64,000 nt of DNA from Lepidodermella squamata (taxonomy: Eukaryota > Animalia > Gastrotricha): NCBI GenBank assembly GCA_047495785.1, contig JBLDXI010000032.1, positions 1,116,001 to 1,180,000 of the forward strand. The letters run 5' to 3'. Positions 24,600-38,000 of the stretch are shown piece after piece. The position numbers and the translations under genes are program-made. The notes under the pieces were generated by a model. It had not been told where the DNA came from. It made no database searches and saw only the letters and a program-made list of their open reading frames with translations. Numbering within the stretch: position 1 is the first letter of the stretch; every line of letters starts with the position of its first letter.

Positions 24600-27500
24600 A
24601 TGCTGCCTGACAAGGTGCACAAGTTCAATGGAATCGGCGGCGGCCTGAAGCGGTCTGAAATTTTGAAAAGCAATGCCTATCAAGACACAGAGTTAACGGC
24701 AAACCCGCAGTTGCATAGAGAGGTAGAAGAGGCTAATTGCCCAGCATTAAACGACGTTGATTGTGCCACAACGATGTCATCAATGAGCATTTCCGAGCTC
24801 TACGTGCCTTGCGGCCTTGCAGCCATATCCTGCTCGAGTTTTGAAAATGCAAAGCTGGCGATTGACGAGCAGCGCGTGGCGATTCCTCCACCTCCATCCA
24901 CCTCCAGTTCCAAGTAAGAAATTTTGGAGATTTACGAAATTTTGTTTAAAATCAAATTCTAAGCACCTCCCAAGAGTAGCCTCGTATTGAAGTATATCCC
25001 CGCTATCAACTATCATCTCTGATCAAAAGGCTTTTCTAATTTTCCCTTATAATCCCTCTTAATAGAAGAATCCAGATGTTTGAAAAATTCTCTGAGTTCA
25101 CAAAAATCAAATGCTTGGGCAGTGGCTGCTGTGGATCAGTTTGGCACTGCAAAGCTGTGGACGATTTCGCGTACTACGCTGTCAAGGTGGTCAATCTTCG
25201 CGCGACTCGATGGAAGTATCGAAAGAACCCGGATATGGCTGACAGACTAGTCAACTTGGGCAGAAAAGAGGTATACACCAACTATATTATAACGCTATAG
25301 TTAAAATACTGACCTTATTGAATCTGTTTAACAGCATGAAAAGCTGTTGCATTTGAGGCACGCCAACATAGTTTCATTTTACGACGCTTTTGAAGGTCGG
25401 GTAAAACTCTGAGCCCGCTTGTGATATCAATTACTAGTAAAAATTATTTTAGAACCTTTGGTGGAACTAGATGATACGAACCAACATGAGTTACCATGGT
25501 ATCTTGCAGATGAGATGTACTTTCTCGTCATGGAATTTTGTCCCGGCGGAGATTTACAAGAATACATTAATCGAGCTAACGCACCCATTCCAGAAGATTT
25601 GATTCGTGATTGGGCTCGACAACTTGTTTCGGCAATAGCATGGCTTCATAAATGTTGTGCACTCCATCGCGATATCAAGCCGAGGAATATTTTCCTCCTA
25701 GCCGATGGAAAAACTGTTAAGCTAGGTGATTTTGGATTCGCCAAAATCTATCATGAGTGAGCCTTATTAACAGTTGACGGGTTGATAGCTAACATTCTTC
25801 TATTTTTCAGGTCACAAAGCACCACAACCCTGGGACTCGGAACCACTCTCTACGCCGCGCCTGAAATTTTTAACGATGAGCAGCACTCGCCAGCCAGTGA
25901 TTGGTGGTCCTTTGGAGTGACGCTGTTTGAGTTGGCTAACTTTCGCCTTCCTGTAAATGACATTCTGATATAATTCAGCTATTGTTTTTACAAGTACCTA
26001 TTTTACTTCTTGCAGTTCAAAACAACATTCGAGATCATTTCGTAAGTTTAAGACCTTTCACTGCTTGCATTTGGCCAGATGGCTGCCCCAAGGCTAAACA
26101 TAAAAGTTTGCTCGTATTCAGGCGCGAGACGCTGCCACAATTTGACGATGGTCGCCCGTTGTCTTCTGAGTTTCGTGACTTCGTGTTATCTATGCTCCAA
26201 AAAGAGATATTGCAACGAGCTAAGGCAGATGATTTGCGGAAGAGTTCTTTTTTGACGCTAAAACCGCGGGCCAGCAGCGTTACTATAACCAACCCAACGA
26301 GCGATACCAATTCTGTACTTAATCCAGCAGCGACTTTGAAGGCAAGCCGGTGCATTCGTAGGAATTTCAGTACACCTTTTATGTCTTTACTTACAGCTGC
26401 TATTCCAATACTCGAGTCAACGAATGTTGCCGGAAATTGAGAAATTGCTGGAGGATGGGCGGTTGAATTTGAACGCGAACTGTCGGGACGAAGCCGGCTT
26501 CACGCCATTGATGATTGCAGCTCAGGAGGGATTCGATGAATTCATGCAGCCCTTGGTAGAAAAGTATGGAGCCGACGTTGAATTAAGGGACGAGCAAGGC
26601 AGAACAGCAGTGCACATTGCTGCTGAAAATGGGCATATCAAAGCTGTGCAAGTTCTTGCAAATCGTTTCGGGGCGGATATAGAGGCAGCTCGAAACGTCA
26701 AGGCGACGCCGTTATGGATCGCTGCTCAGAATGGTCACCTGGAAATAGTCAAGCTTCTTGCTGAAGACTTCAAGGCAGAAGTGAATATAGCAAAAAACGA
26801 TGGCGCCACGCCGTTATACATCGCTGCTGAGAATGGGCACCTGCAAATCGTAAAGCTTCTCGCCGGAGACTTCAAAGCTGATGTGAATGCAGCGAAATTA
26901 GATGGCGCTACGCCGTTATTTATCGCTGCACAGAATGGTCACTTTGAAATCGTGAAGCTTCTTGCTGGAAAGTTCAAAGCCGATGTGAATGCAGCGACGA
27001 ATTGTGGTGTTACGCCGTTATATACCGCTGCTGAGAAAGGTCATGTGGAAATTGTGAGGCTTCTCGCTGGGGACTTCGAAGCCGATATCAATGCAGCGAC
27101 TAACGATGGTGCTTCACCGTTATTCATTGCTGCTCAGAAAGGTCACTTGGACGTCGTGAAGCTGCTCGCCGGAAACGTTAAAGCCAATGTGAATGCAGCG
27201 AGGTATACCGGTGCTACGCCGTTATACATCGCTGCTCAGAATAATCACTTCGAAATCGTTAAAACTCTTGCTGAAGACTTCAAAGCCGATGTCAATGCAG
27301 CCAAAAACGATGGGGCTACGCCGTTATTCATCGCTGCGCAGAATGGTAACTTGGAAATCGCGAAGCTTCTTGCTGTAGACTTCGAAGCTGATGTAAATGC
27401 AGCGAGGAATACCGGTACTACGCCGCTTTGGATCGCCGCTCAAAACGGTCACTTGCAAATCGTGAAGCTTCTTGTTGAAGAATTAAATTCCGATGTGAAT

Positions 27501-28067
27501 GCAGCTAAAAACGATGGTGCTACACCGCTATTCATCGCCGCTCGTAATGGTCACATAGAAATCGTAAAGCTTCTTGCTGGAAACTGGAAATCCGACGTTA
27601 ATTCTGCGACGAAAGATGGTACTACGCCGTTATTTATGGCTGCTGAGAATGGGCATCTACAAATCGTGAAGCTTCTCGCTGGCGACTTCGAAGCCGATTT
27701 GAATGCAGCGACGAATGATGGAGCTACACCGTTATTCATCGCTGCACAGCAAGGCCACCTGGATATTGTTAATGCTTTGACTCGCTTATTCAATGCGGAT
27801 GTAAATAAGGCGCGAGATGGCGGCTCCACACCGTTGATTGTCGCTTCATATCACGGTCGTCACTCTGTTGTAGATTTTTTACTGCAGGTGCCTGGCATCA
27901 GCGTAAATGCTCGAATGCGTTCTATGGGATGGACGGCTCTATCTGCAGCCATGAACTGTGACTCAGATGTGGCGCCTGATGACAAACAGAAAACAATCGA
28001 TATCCTGTGGAAGGCTGGAGCTGAGGCGCCCAGAATAGTCACAAGAAAGTTCAACATTCGCATTTAA
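24600..28067 (+). CDS. Ser/Thr protein kinase (NEK-like) fused to about 14-15 ankyrin repeats
   Basis: GSGCCGSV, YAVK, HRDIKPRN, DFG, YAAPE, SDWWSFG across short-intron exons. The last exon has tandem 34-aa TPLxIAAxNGHxxIVKLL repeats. Start codon uncertain. Confidence 0.85.
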
Positions 28068-28208
28068 TAATTACGCGTAGTAGATGAGTCAAATTTACAA
28101 CAATGATATTCGAATTATTTTTGCTTACTGAATTCTATGGCGCTTCCTATTTTTGCAAACGCCTTGCGAATTCATGTCGCACTTTGAATAAATTCTATAC
28201 TGTCACAC

Positions 28209-28347
28209 TATATATGCAGCTATTCCGAAGCACCATAAAAGTCCATCAGGATCAGGAAGCTACTTTTTGCATTTGAAAATTTGATCGACGATTTTCGACA
28301 CCGTAGCTGAGGTGAAGTCTTCGGCAGATTGTATATTCATGATGTGA
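28209..28347 (+). pseudogene. 3' relic of a fifth HAT-like paralog
   Basis: tatatgcagctattccgaagcacc...ttcgacaccgtagctgagg...tcttcggcagatt matches the 3' end of copies 1-4 (e.g. 19790-19935). Confidence 0.65.
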
Positions 28348-29638
28348 TTATTCAGTTCTGTCATATTGGATGTTGGACGATTCCAGTTCTGTGAACGTGG
28401 CGCATAATAACCACTCGGCAACGCATAAGAAAATTGGATTCCTTGCCAAACGCTCACCTGTGAATGGTCGCGGGGTTGAAACTTGTTTTCTCACTTATGG
28501 ATTTTCCTTAACGTAATGCCGAATGTGCGAGGGTGGGCGTTTTTTCTTAAATTTGGCCTTCCTTCGCCATCCACGAAACCCGAAATACACACAGTCACGT
28601 GGAAGAAAAATAAAATCATCGTATTCTTTTTCGTATAATGCCGAAAAAAATATCGGTGGATTGTGATTCAGCTGTGAGAACGTTTTACTTTCTTTAAAGA
28701 GAAATGATCAAAAAACTTTCTATTGTCCAATTTCTAATTCTTCCAAAAAGCACGCAATGAGCTTTGCGCTAAGCATAAGTATATTGTTTATAGTGAGCAG
28801 TACCATGTATAGATTTTTGTCTTCCCTATCTGCGCATTTTAGGGTAGAACGATCGATTTCGGAGGGTGTTTATAATATTCGCACTGATCGAGAGAGCTAC
28901 GCGCTTTGTTGTTGATTTGCTATTAGCATCACCTAGCTGCGGCTTTGTTGCTCAGCTACGCCTAGCGATGATCCGCTGGGTTGTAAAATTTGTGTTCCTC
29001 GCGCTGGGTGCATAATAGGATGTCGCATATCATTCAACTACATTCATTTTCAGCAATTCCCTTTCCATTTTCAATTTTGCTGAGAAATTCTTGCCAAGAA
29101 AATGTTTTTCAGCAGGAATAGCTTTGCAGTATTTTCTGCGGAAAGAAGACTATTTTCTACGGAGAAGGGCGTGGTCCACATACCGTCAAAGAATAGATTT
29201 AGGAAATTTGGACAGCGGAACATGTCTATACGGACCATATCTTGGATTGATAACAGGAGGAACTCGGAGCCATCTTCTGGACAACATTAATTTTGGATGC
29301 TAATTATTTGTCCATGCTTGTGGATTTGCATGGTGCTTATACCAGAATTGCGAAGGAAGGAAGGAGTGTTCAACACCAAAACTCCGAGGACGATGACATG
29401 AGCCCGGAATTATTTAAAAATTAACTAAAACCATTTTTGCGGCGTGTATCGAATATTGCCTGTGTGTTTTGCCAAAAAGATGCAAACGTAATCACTGCGC
29501 AAACGTAATCGCCGCGTACTGTCTCAACTAGTACCCCGTTTTGGGGTGTAAGAAGGTCGTAACCCTGTCAAAATAGCATTATAATATAAAATTATAATTA
29601 AAAAATCCGCCTTAATCGCTTTCCATGGAGAAATATTA

Positions 29639-29938
29639 TACAATATCTGGAAGCTTTGTAGCGGATAGTATACCATATGCGGGTGGCTATCATTGGTGGA
29701 TAGCACGATGGATATTGGCCTGAAGGCTTGCTATGTAGGCTCGAGGCGCAGCCGAAGGCCGGAATAGTGATCTGAAGGATGAATATCCATCGCTGTCCAC
29801 CGATGACACCCGGATATGGTTGTTATCATCAAATCTGGAAAATATTCGCCTGAAGACCAGCTACTATGCAGCCGAGGGTCGGAATAGCGGCCTGAAGACC
29901 TATTTGACCTATCCGCTACAGAGCTTCTAGATATTATA
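29639..29938. mobile_element. MITE-like element with nested inverted repeats
   Basis: aatatctggaagctttgtagcggatag / ctatccgctacagagcttctagatatt, an inner IR (accatat..gatggatatt / aatatccatc..atatggt), and two gcagccgaRgg motifs. Confidence 0.6.
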
Positions 29939-29947
29939 TCTAGATAT

Positions 29948-30158
29948 CATATGTTGACTCGGAAAATTCAATTATATGACCACAGTTTTGCGACCTCGAG
30001 TCATTTTATTCGGATAATGTGTGGAAATTCAGCGACGTTTCGGTTACCACGTGCGCTGAATTCACCTACGTCGCTGAATTTGCACACATTATCCGAATAA
30101 AATGACTCGAGGTCGCAAAACTGTGGTCATATAATTGAATTTTCCGAGTCAACATATG
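29948..30158. mobile_element. Near-perfect palindromic MITE (about 91-bp arms, TA-flanked)
   Basis: Arms 29948-30038 and 30068-30158 are reverse complements with one mismatch. Confidence 0.85.
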
Positions 30159-31285
30159 GAAAACTAAAGCCTTAGTGGTTTCATCGCTTCTAGATATATT
30201 TGCAATACAGGTACCAATCTCAGTTGAATTTAGCGAAAATATTGAAATTAAAAAATTGTGATAAAATTTGCAAAACCATATATAGTAAAAGCGAATGATT
30301 TTCAAACGCCGATCATTGTTCGTTTTTTCGCAGCGATTTGAAATGACTTTTTATTCACGCCCTTCTGCATCAACATGGGTCGCATCAATTTCGGTAAAAC
30401 GAAAAAGTCCATCTCAGCACTAGGTCGTTCTTAGAAGTCGAGCTTCCAATGCGCAAGAAGAATTTCCAGTCAACCAGCCAGTACTGGCCGATCAGGCTCA
30501 GCGATGGCAGCGAAATGTCTCGGCGCACTTGTTTGCTGTTACATCCTCTCTTGGCGCCAAACCGATTGACGAGTTGATCTGAGCCAGCTCTAGATATCAG
30601 GCTTGGCCCGCTTGTTCCCGTGTATTTGCGGCAAATCCTTCTATCTTGTTAATTTTCTCGTAATTACGGAATAATAAAATGGTGGGGGGTCGCGGGGATT
30701 TTGCCGCCTCAGTAGTTTCGTGACTTTATTCAAATTGTTTCCGTGATTGAATAAATTCAAAATGGGGGTGACTGCTGCCAAAATTTCGACCCATGACCTG
30801 AGATTAAATCAGCCCGGTATAGCAGAAAATATTCCGGGCTATTTTACAGCATATTTCACACTATAATACTTAACTTGCCATAGAGAATCATGTGTTTCTC
30901 CACGGCAAACAATATACCTGCAGGTGATACGGCACATCCTATTGTGCATTTGTGCACAAACAGGCTAACATTAGTCCGAAGGTCCAGGAAAACGGTTACC
31001 TTGAACCTGGTGTCGCCTATCTTTGACATGTACAAAAAGTCAAAAAGTGGCTTGCATAGAAAATGTGGAATCCACAGTGGTGATAATATCGCTTTCGTCG
31101 CGTCAAAATTCTTCATGATGGGCCATAATTCTCTATAATGATCGGCTACCCTATATGATGCATAGTGGCTGTTCGGGATGAGCCTCGAAAATAGTTTTAA
31201 TGCACCGCTGTAGCTATGAAATTTTTGCTAGGGCTAAACTTGGTGGAAAATCTCCACAGTCCTAAATGTCTCTAATTCATCCGAC

Positions 31286-33424
31286 ATGCTCGACGTTACT
31301 CACTTCAGGCGATCATCGCAGTTTCCCAGATTCACCCTAGAAGAGGTTGAGCGACTGCTAAAATCAATCGACTGCGGTAAGCCATTGCTATTGCTTTGCG
31401 CTTGATTTTCATGGCATGCATATGAATGCAGGAAACTCAGCAAGTTAGCCGCTAACATCAGTGGAAAATCTCCGAATTCTCAAAAGCTTGATTCGACCAA
31501 CTCTCTGTTGGCCAACCGTGGCTTCTTCCTAGTTAAAGCTCCAGAAGATTTGAAGCCGTTGATGCAATCAATCGACGAAGATACGGTAAGTCATGTGTAT
31601 AAATATGAATGCAGCAAAATCTAAAAATTGACAATTTTGATCGAGATTTTGCAATAATACTTCAGATGTTTGCTGGTCTTCTGGATTTCTTGCCCGATGA
31701 GAATTCTGATTTTAACATTTGCGATAGTCCCCTGCTGCCAGGCCAACCTGATTTTGTAAAGCCCCCGCCCCCTACCATATTTCTTGAAAAAACAGCAACT
31801 GAAATAGATCAATCAGCCGCTGTTTTCCAACAAAATTCAGATGAAAATGATAAAATCCAACTGCCTAATCATGTCAATGCGGTGATCTACCAAGATCAAG
31901 CGGGCGCCAGCGCGAATGCGGTATGAAGAGAAAGCAATAGCTAATAGCTAATAGCAAAAAGGTGAGGTTTTCCTAGATGTACTTTGCCACTAATACCAAT
32001 GGATGCGAGATGGGTTACATGCAAAACGACTGTAGCTATCCGCCTAGTAATGCAAACTCGTCGATTTACCAGCAACAACCGGGCGCCTTGAATCATGTAA
32101 GTAAAGAAAATAAGAGCTTTTGGCAATAACTGAGAATGGGTGAACCGAAATCTGGAATTTTTGCCAGGTGTGCATCCCCTGTGATACCAGCGGATGCGCT
32201 ATCGGTTTCATGCAAACAGCTGATCAAAACTATCTGTCAAATGATGCTAACTTGGCCTGGAATTCGGTAATTAAATTAGTTGAAATCTGGCTCATCTAAA
32301 CTGTATGACGTTTAATAGGCGGCCGCTTCGAACTTTTATGATAGAGATGAAAATCAATCCATTCGAATGCTCCGTGCAAGAGGTAATAGGAGTTGCACTT
32401 ACGAATCAGACTTACATGATGCCGATATGATATATGTTGACCAGAACTTGCACCATGTAACCTGAGTGCTCGAATCCAGTCGGGCATTTCAGAGCACGGC
32501 TTTGCAAAGCCGGTAGTTCGATGTCTTCATTCCAGCCGATGCGTTTATGATGTGAGTAAATGACAAACCTTTGATCCAACAATTACCTATTTTTATTACC
32601 AGCTTCCAAACAATCTAGCCTGGCAATTCAGCGCTGAGTTGGAAGGTCGAAAGCAAGATGCTTACATTCATCACGTTTTTGGGGTTTTCATGGAGACAGC
32701 GACCGGCGACATACTGATTGGCATGATCTTTGCACAGTTGTATGATCAGCAATCGATTGTGAGCAATCGAAGCCGCGCGACTTTCCAGCTCCTGTACCGT
32801 GCTGATTTGCCTCAACAGCTTACAGGATATGCCGACCTGGTTTATAATCTGTCTACAATGAACTTCTTCAAACTTCTTGGCTCTTGCAATTACAAAACTG
32901 CGCATTTTCGAGCCAGCAACGAAACTAACGAGCTGCAATGCCGTGGAATTATTGACCAGGCTGCCAACTCGGGGATCATCATTGATTTTAAGGACTTGGG
33001 TTCTGGCTCTCGTATTTACAATTTCTGGGATTTTTGCAAGCGGGGAAGCTCTCGAAGACAACTTGCAAATATCCCCATCTTCCGCGGCGACACTATGCAA
33101 CGAGCACTAGATGATAAAATCGGCAAGTTCTTGAAGTCGAACACGGGGCAAATAGACGAAGATAAGATGTGGCTCTCCGTGAACAATACTGCAAAGGCTG
33201 ATAACAGCCACAACTTCGTCGCCGTTTTTCGTCGCGATAATGCAGATCTTCGATCTATATGCGCCCATTTTGGAGCATCCCAAGCCAATCCGGCGCAAGG
33301 ATCAATTTTTGACAGTTTGGATATTTTCCAATCGGCTTGCGCAACACAATCACTGGCATTCAACACCGTAGATCAGGCGATGTCTTCAACAGCTCACATA
33401 ATCCGCCTGGCTTGTGCAGGTTGA
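31286..33424 (+). CDS. p300/CBP HAT-like paralog 3, predicted catalytically dead
   Basis: Same exon modules and HAT-like last exon (ORF 32639-33424). The first exon is duplicated and the start is uncertain. Confidence 0.72.
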
Positions 33425-33887
33425 CGTCTCATTCGGAAACTGCTGGGAATTGGAAACCTTCAAAAATGATAGCGATCTTGATGAGTGGAAACATTTATTC
33501 GATTTCTGAACATTTAGATTTTAGATATCCTCTTATCGCCTGGAAACAGCTGGAAAACAAGTCAGCTGGAAAGAGGTGGCAAATTTTAAAATGTGCCAGG
33601 TATTTCCAGCAAACTATTTCCAGCTATTTCCATCAGTATTTCTCCACGTTATTCCATGTGATTCTGATACCTCGTGTTTTCGTTCTAGCTTCAATTAATC
33701 AAAAAGAGACGAATAAACATTAATCAGTATTTTAAATAAATAAGTGCCAGAGACGTGTCAAAAAGTAACGCATAAAGATACGAAGTTGAGGAATTTATAT
33801 GAGTAGGCACCAGGCACAGCCAGAATTCCGTTTCCATTGCTTCCGCAGCAGCGGCAGGGTCTTCACAGGCCTTTTCATCGCCTATCG

Positions 33888-34215
33888 CTTCTTCTTCTTC
33901 TTCTTCTTGTTTTTCCAAGCCGAGCCACTCGCAGCTAGGCTCGATGCACGATGACTTTCATCTTCACCATATTATAAACTTCACTCGATTCGAGCACCAT
34001 ACCAGCTCCAAGGATTATACCTGAAAAACAATAAGAATGTTTAGCAGCAGACAAATAACATAACTCTTACCGTAATTTTTACTGCTTGCCAAGTTTTATG
34101 ATTTAAGGGACGGCGTCGGCTGAGGTATCGAACCCTCCGCCTCTCACAAATCGGCAGCCCAAACGTTTTCTTTGCCCACCCTTACCTCTCCTCTTACCTG
34201 CTGAGCCAGCTATGG
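33888..34215 (-). mobile_element. Candidate tRNA-derived SINE with (AAG)n tail
   Basis: Minus strand has an A-box-like tggctcagcagg (34197-34208), a B-box-like ggttcgatacc (34124-34134) and an (AAG)7 tail at 33888-33908. Single copy in this window. Confidence 0.35.
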
Positions 34216-34313
34216 CGAGTATCGCCATTAATGTTATATTGTTACGTTAATCGTCAATTGTCAATAGCGAAAACACTACAACCACGCGATCTCAAAAATC
34301 AAAAATTCTTTAG

Positions 34314-34711
34314 GTGCCAAATATTTGCACCACTAAACATGAGGTTCCAGCACTAAGTTTGAACGTCCTGGCACACAATTTGTTCAGATGTTGTGCGATT
34401 TGTGAGATTTTTTGCAATTTTTGCGATTCTTTTGGAAAGTTGGATTTTTATTATAGCTACCTGGCGCCCTAAGCTAAGTAGAAAAATTATCCAGGTTTGC
34501 TTCCAAGACGGCTGATAGGTATCGAAAATCGGAAAAATCACTGATTTGTAAATTCGCACAAAATGCGCGTAATATTAAGATCTAACGGTTAGGCGTTTTA
34601 GCAAAAAACTTAGATTCTAGTGAAACTCGAAAAACCAAATTTAGTGGAATTCAAGTGTTGAAGTCTCAAAAATAATGCTCGAACCCTAAATTTAGGGTGC
34701 ACAATTGGCAC
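34314..34711. mobile_element. Degenerate MITE
   Basis: gtgccaa..tgcaccactaaa..ggttccagca vs the reverse complement of tgctcgaaccctaaatttagggtgcacaattggcac. Confidence 0.5.
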
Positions 34712-35057
34712 AGCCATAATATTTAAGTTGGCAACATCAAACGATTTTGTATCCTTTTCATTATCTTGAAGAAAAAGAAGTCTTTATTGCCGTTATCTCC
34801 TTTCAATTTGAATCATCCAATGCGATAATTTGTGCGATAGCGACCCAATGGGATGATTCAAATTTAAAAAAGGAGATAACGAGGAGATTATTGTGAGTGA
34901 AATCTCAAAAGATGAGCAACCGATTATGTCTATACATTTCCACTTTTGAGGTTGGCGCGGTATTAATTATATCTCATATCATTTCAATTTGCTCCAAAAA
35001 ATATAATTATAACAACATCAGCGAGTATCAGTGGAAATTATCCACTGCCTCTATAAA

Positions 35058-38000
35058 ATGGCTGAAACTGATCCGACTATTAACTATTTGCTGGCCTCGC
35101 CAGACGACACCCGCAGACTCCTGGTTAAAACTCCCGAGTTACAGGAACTGCTACAATCATACGATCCGATGGATCAATTTCTCGACTTTGGCGACGGCGT
35201 AGTAAGCTATTTAGCTATTGCCTAACGTACTGTTTCCGTATTGTTGCAAATCAATGTACATACATTCATTTAAATTTTTGGGAAGTAGCGAGTCTCCACA
35301 TTTGTTAGATGGAAAAAATTGAAGTAATTCATTTTTCTTGTACCTGGATGCCGGGTGGTTTGCACCCAGAGGAAGACCCCGGACCAGGTGGATCAACGGA
35401 GTGCACAGGAGTTTGATTAAAGTAGGAATCACTAAAGAAATACGCCGGAAAAAGAAATCTAACACTACGAAAGGCAAAAAGAATAAGGGTACTAAGAAAA
35501 AAGGTGATAAGAAAAAACCCGGCAAAAATAAGTTTGAAACCAAAATTATTCCTGATTTACAATTAGCTGAACTCGCATCCTTTGAAAAAGATGAATGGCG
35601 CATGATTGTTAACTCAATTGATAATTATGAATTTTTCGGAAAAAGCAGAATCTTCAACTGTGGGGGTGGGTAAGGATCAATTTTCAATCTTTGCCTGCCT
35701 TCGCCCTCTTCAAAACCGGAAACGGTATAATGACGTGCAGTCTAGGAGAGGCTAAATAAAACTATTATTATTATATTATTATCATTTTTCTTCTTAAAAG
35801 AGGGCAGTTTTGGGTTTCTAAATCTTGTAGAGTATTCGGCAAGTTGAAATGCGATAAATTCCTGAACATTTCGCGTTCACGTGGCTTACCATCGACGTCC
35901 AATGTGAAATTTATCGATTTTTGGTGATTTTTTCACCACAAGTTGAGCAGGAGTTTATTTGGGACCCCTATATAGTCGTTAGGTGCGCGTTAAAACAGAA
36001 AGTCTTGACCGAGATTTTTTAATTTCAGACCACTCCTTTTCCGGCCGATAATAATTCTGATTTTATCATTTGCGATATGGTAACCACGCTGCCCGGCCAA
36101 CCTGATGTTCCAGTGCCCCCCATATTGGTTGAAACAGCCACTAGAAAGGATCAATCGGTCATTGATTTTCAAAAAAACTCAACTGAAAATGATCAACATT
36201 TCCTGCTTAACGATGCAAACATGGCGAACTACAAGGGCCAAGTTGGCGATTGTAATAATTTGGTTGGTGAAATAATTGAGAACATGCTCATAAAAAATGA
36301 AATTTTGCCAGATGTTCTACCCCAATGGTACCAGTGGATACGACATCGGTTCAATGCAAAACGATCAAAGCTATGTGCCCTATGACGCTAACTCGCTGAT
36401 TTACCAGGACCAAGCTGGTCCATCCTATAATGCAAATGTAGCGATCTACCAGGAGCAATGTGCCTCGAATCCGGTAAGTAAGGAGAAGAAGAGCTTGATA
36501 ACAACAACTGAAAGATTTTTGGACCGGTTACGTCGCATTGTGTGTAACAATTCGAAATCTTGATCGAGATTTTCAATGTTTCAGACTCCGGCCGATTATT
36601 CTGATTTTCTGGCCGATACGCATTCTGACTTTACGACTTTCGATACGGCTCCCATGCTTCTTGGCCAACCTAGCGTTCCAGTGCCTCCCATGTTTGTTCA
36701 AACAGCCACTGGAAACAATCAATCTGTCGCTGATTTTCAAAAACGCCCGTTTGAAATTGATCAACCTTTTCTGCCTAATGATGCAACCTACCAGGGCCAA
36801 GTGCACTACTCGGTAAGGAAGGAATATAAGTAACTTCTAACAAAAATCGAAATTTCCCCAGACGTGCTTTATTCCAACCAATACCAGTGGATACGATATC
36901 GGTTGCATGCAAAATGGGTACGGCTATCCGCCCAATATTGCAAATCCGTTGATTAACCAGCAACAACCGAGCGGCTGGAACCAGGTAAGTAAAGAAAGTA
37001 AGAACCTGATATTAACAAGTGAAATTCTGCCAGATGGGCATCCTCAATGTTGCCAGCGGCTCTGATGCACTCGACTTCTTGCAAAATGATCAAATCCATC
37101 TGCCCAATGCAAGCGCGGACTGCCGCTATCAAGTGGGTGCCTGGTACCCGGTAAGTAGTTCAAGTTTGAAAATCTGGCGTGTTTAAACCGAATGATGTGC
37201 AAAAGGCGAACGATGCGAATTTTTATGATGCATATGAAAACCATTTCCTCCGAAAGCTCCGTGCAAGAGGTAATTTGAGCCACCCTTATAGGAATCAGGC
37301 TTATACTCTGTCGATTTATGTTGACCAGATCTGGCAGACTGCAACCTGAGTAAAAAAATCGAGTCTGGTATTTCAATGCACGGCTTTGCTAATCCGGTAG
37401 TTCGGTGTCTTCATTCCGGGCGATGCGTTTATGACGTGAGTCTTGACTCTGACCAGTGTCTTCATTCAAATTTCAGCAAACATTTTTATCAGCTTCCGGA
37501 AAGTCTAGCCGTGCACTTCAGCGCTGAGTTGGAAGGTCAAAGACAAGATGCTTACATCCATCACGTTTTCGGGGTTTTTATGGAGACAGCGATCGGCGAC
37601 ATTCTGGCCGGCTTGATCTTTGCGCAGTTGTATGATCAGTATTCGATTGTGAGCAATCGAAGCCGCGCGAACTTTCGGTTCCTCTACCGTGCTGCTGATC
37701 TGCCTCAAGAGATCAAAGAACACGCAGAGCCGCTTTTTAATTGCTCGATCCTGAACTTCTTGGATCTTCTTCGCCTCTGTAATTACATTACTGCGCATTT
37801 TCGAGTCGACAACGAAATGAAGGAGCTGCGTTGCCGTTGGATTATTGACGAGGCCATAAGAACAGGGAGAATTCTCCCTAAAACAAACAGGAATGGCGCT
37901 CGTATTTACTATTTCTGGGATTATTGCAAGTGGATAAGCTCTCAACGACAACTTGCGAAGATTCCCATCTTTCACGGCGCCACTATGCAACGAGCACTAG

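Noticed and set aside
33724-34230. Small minus-strand spliced gene
   Set aside because: No consistent open frame across the apparent GT-AG junction.
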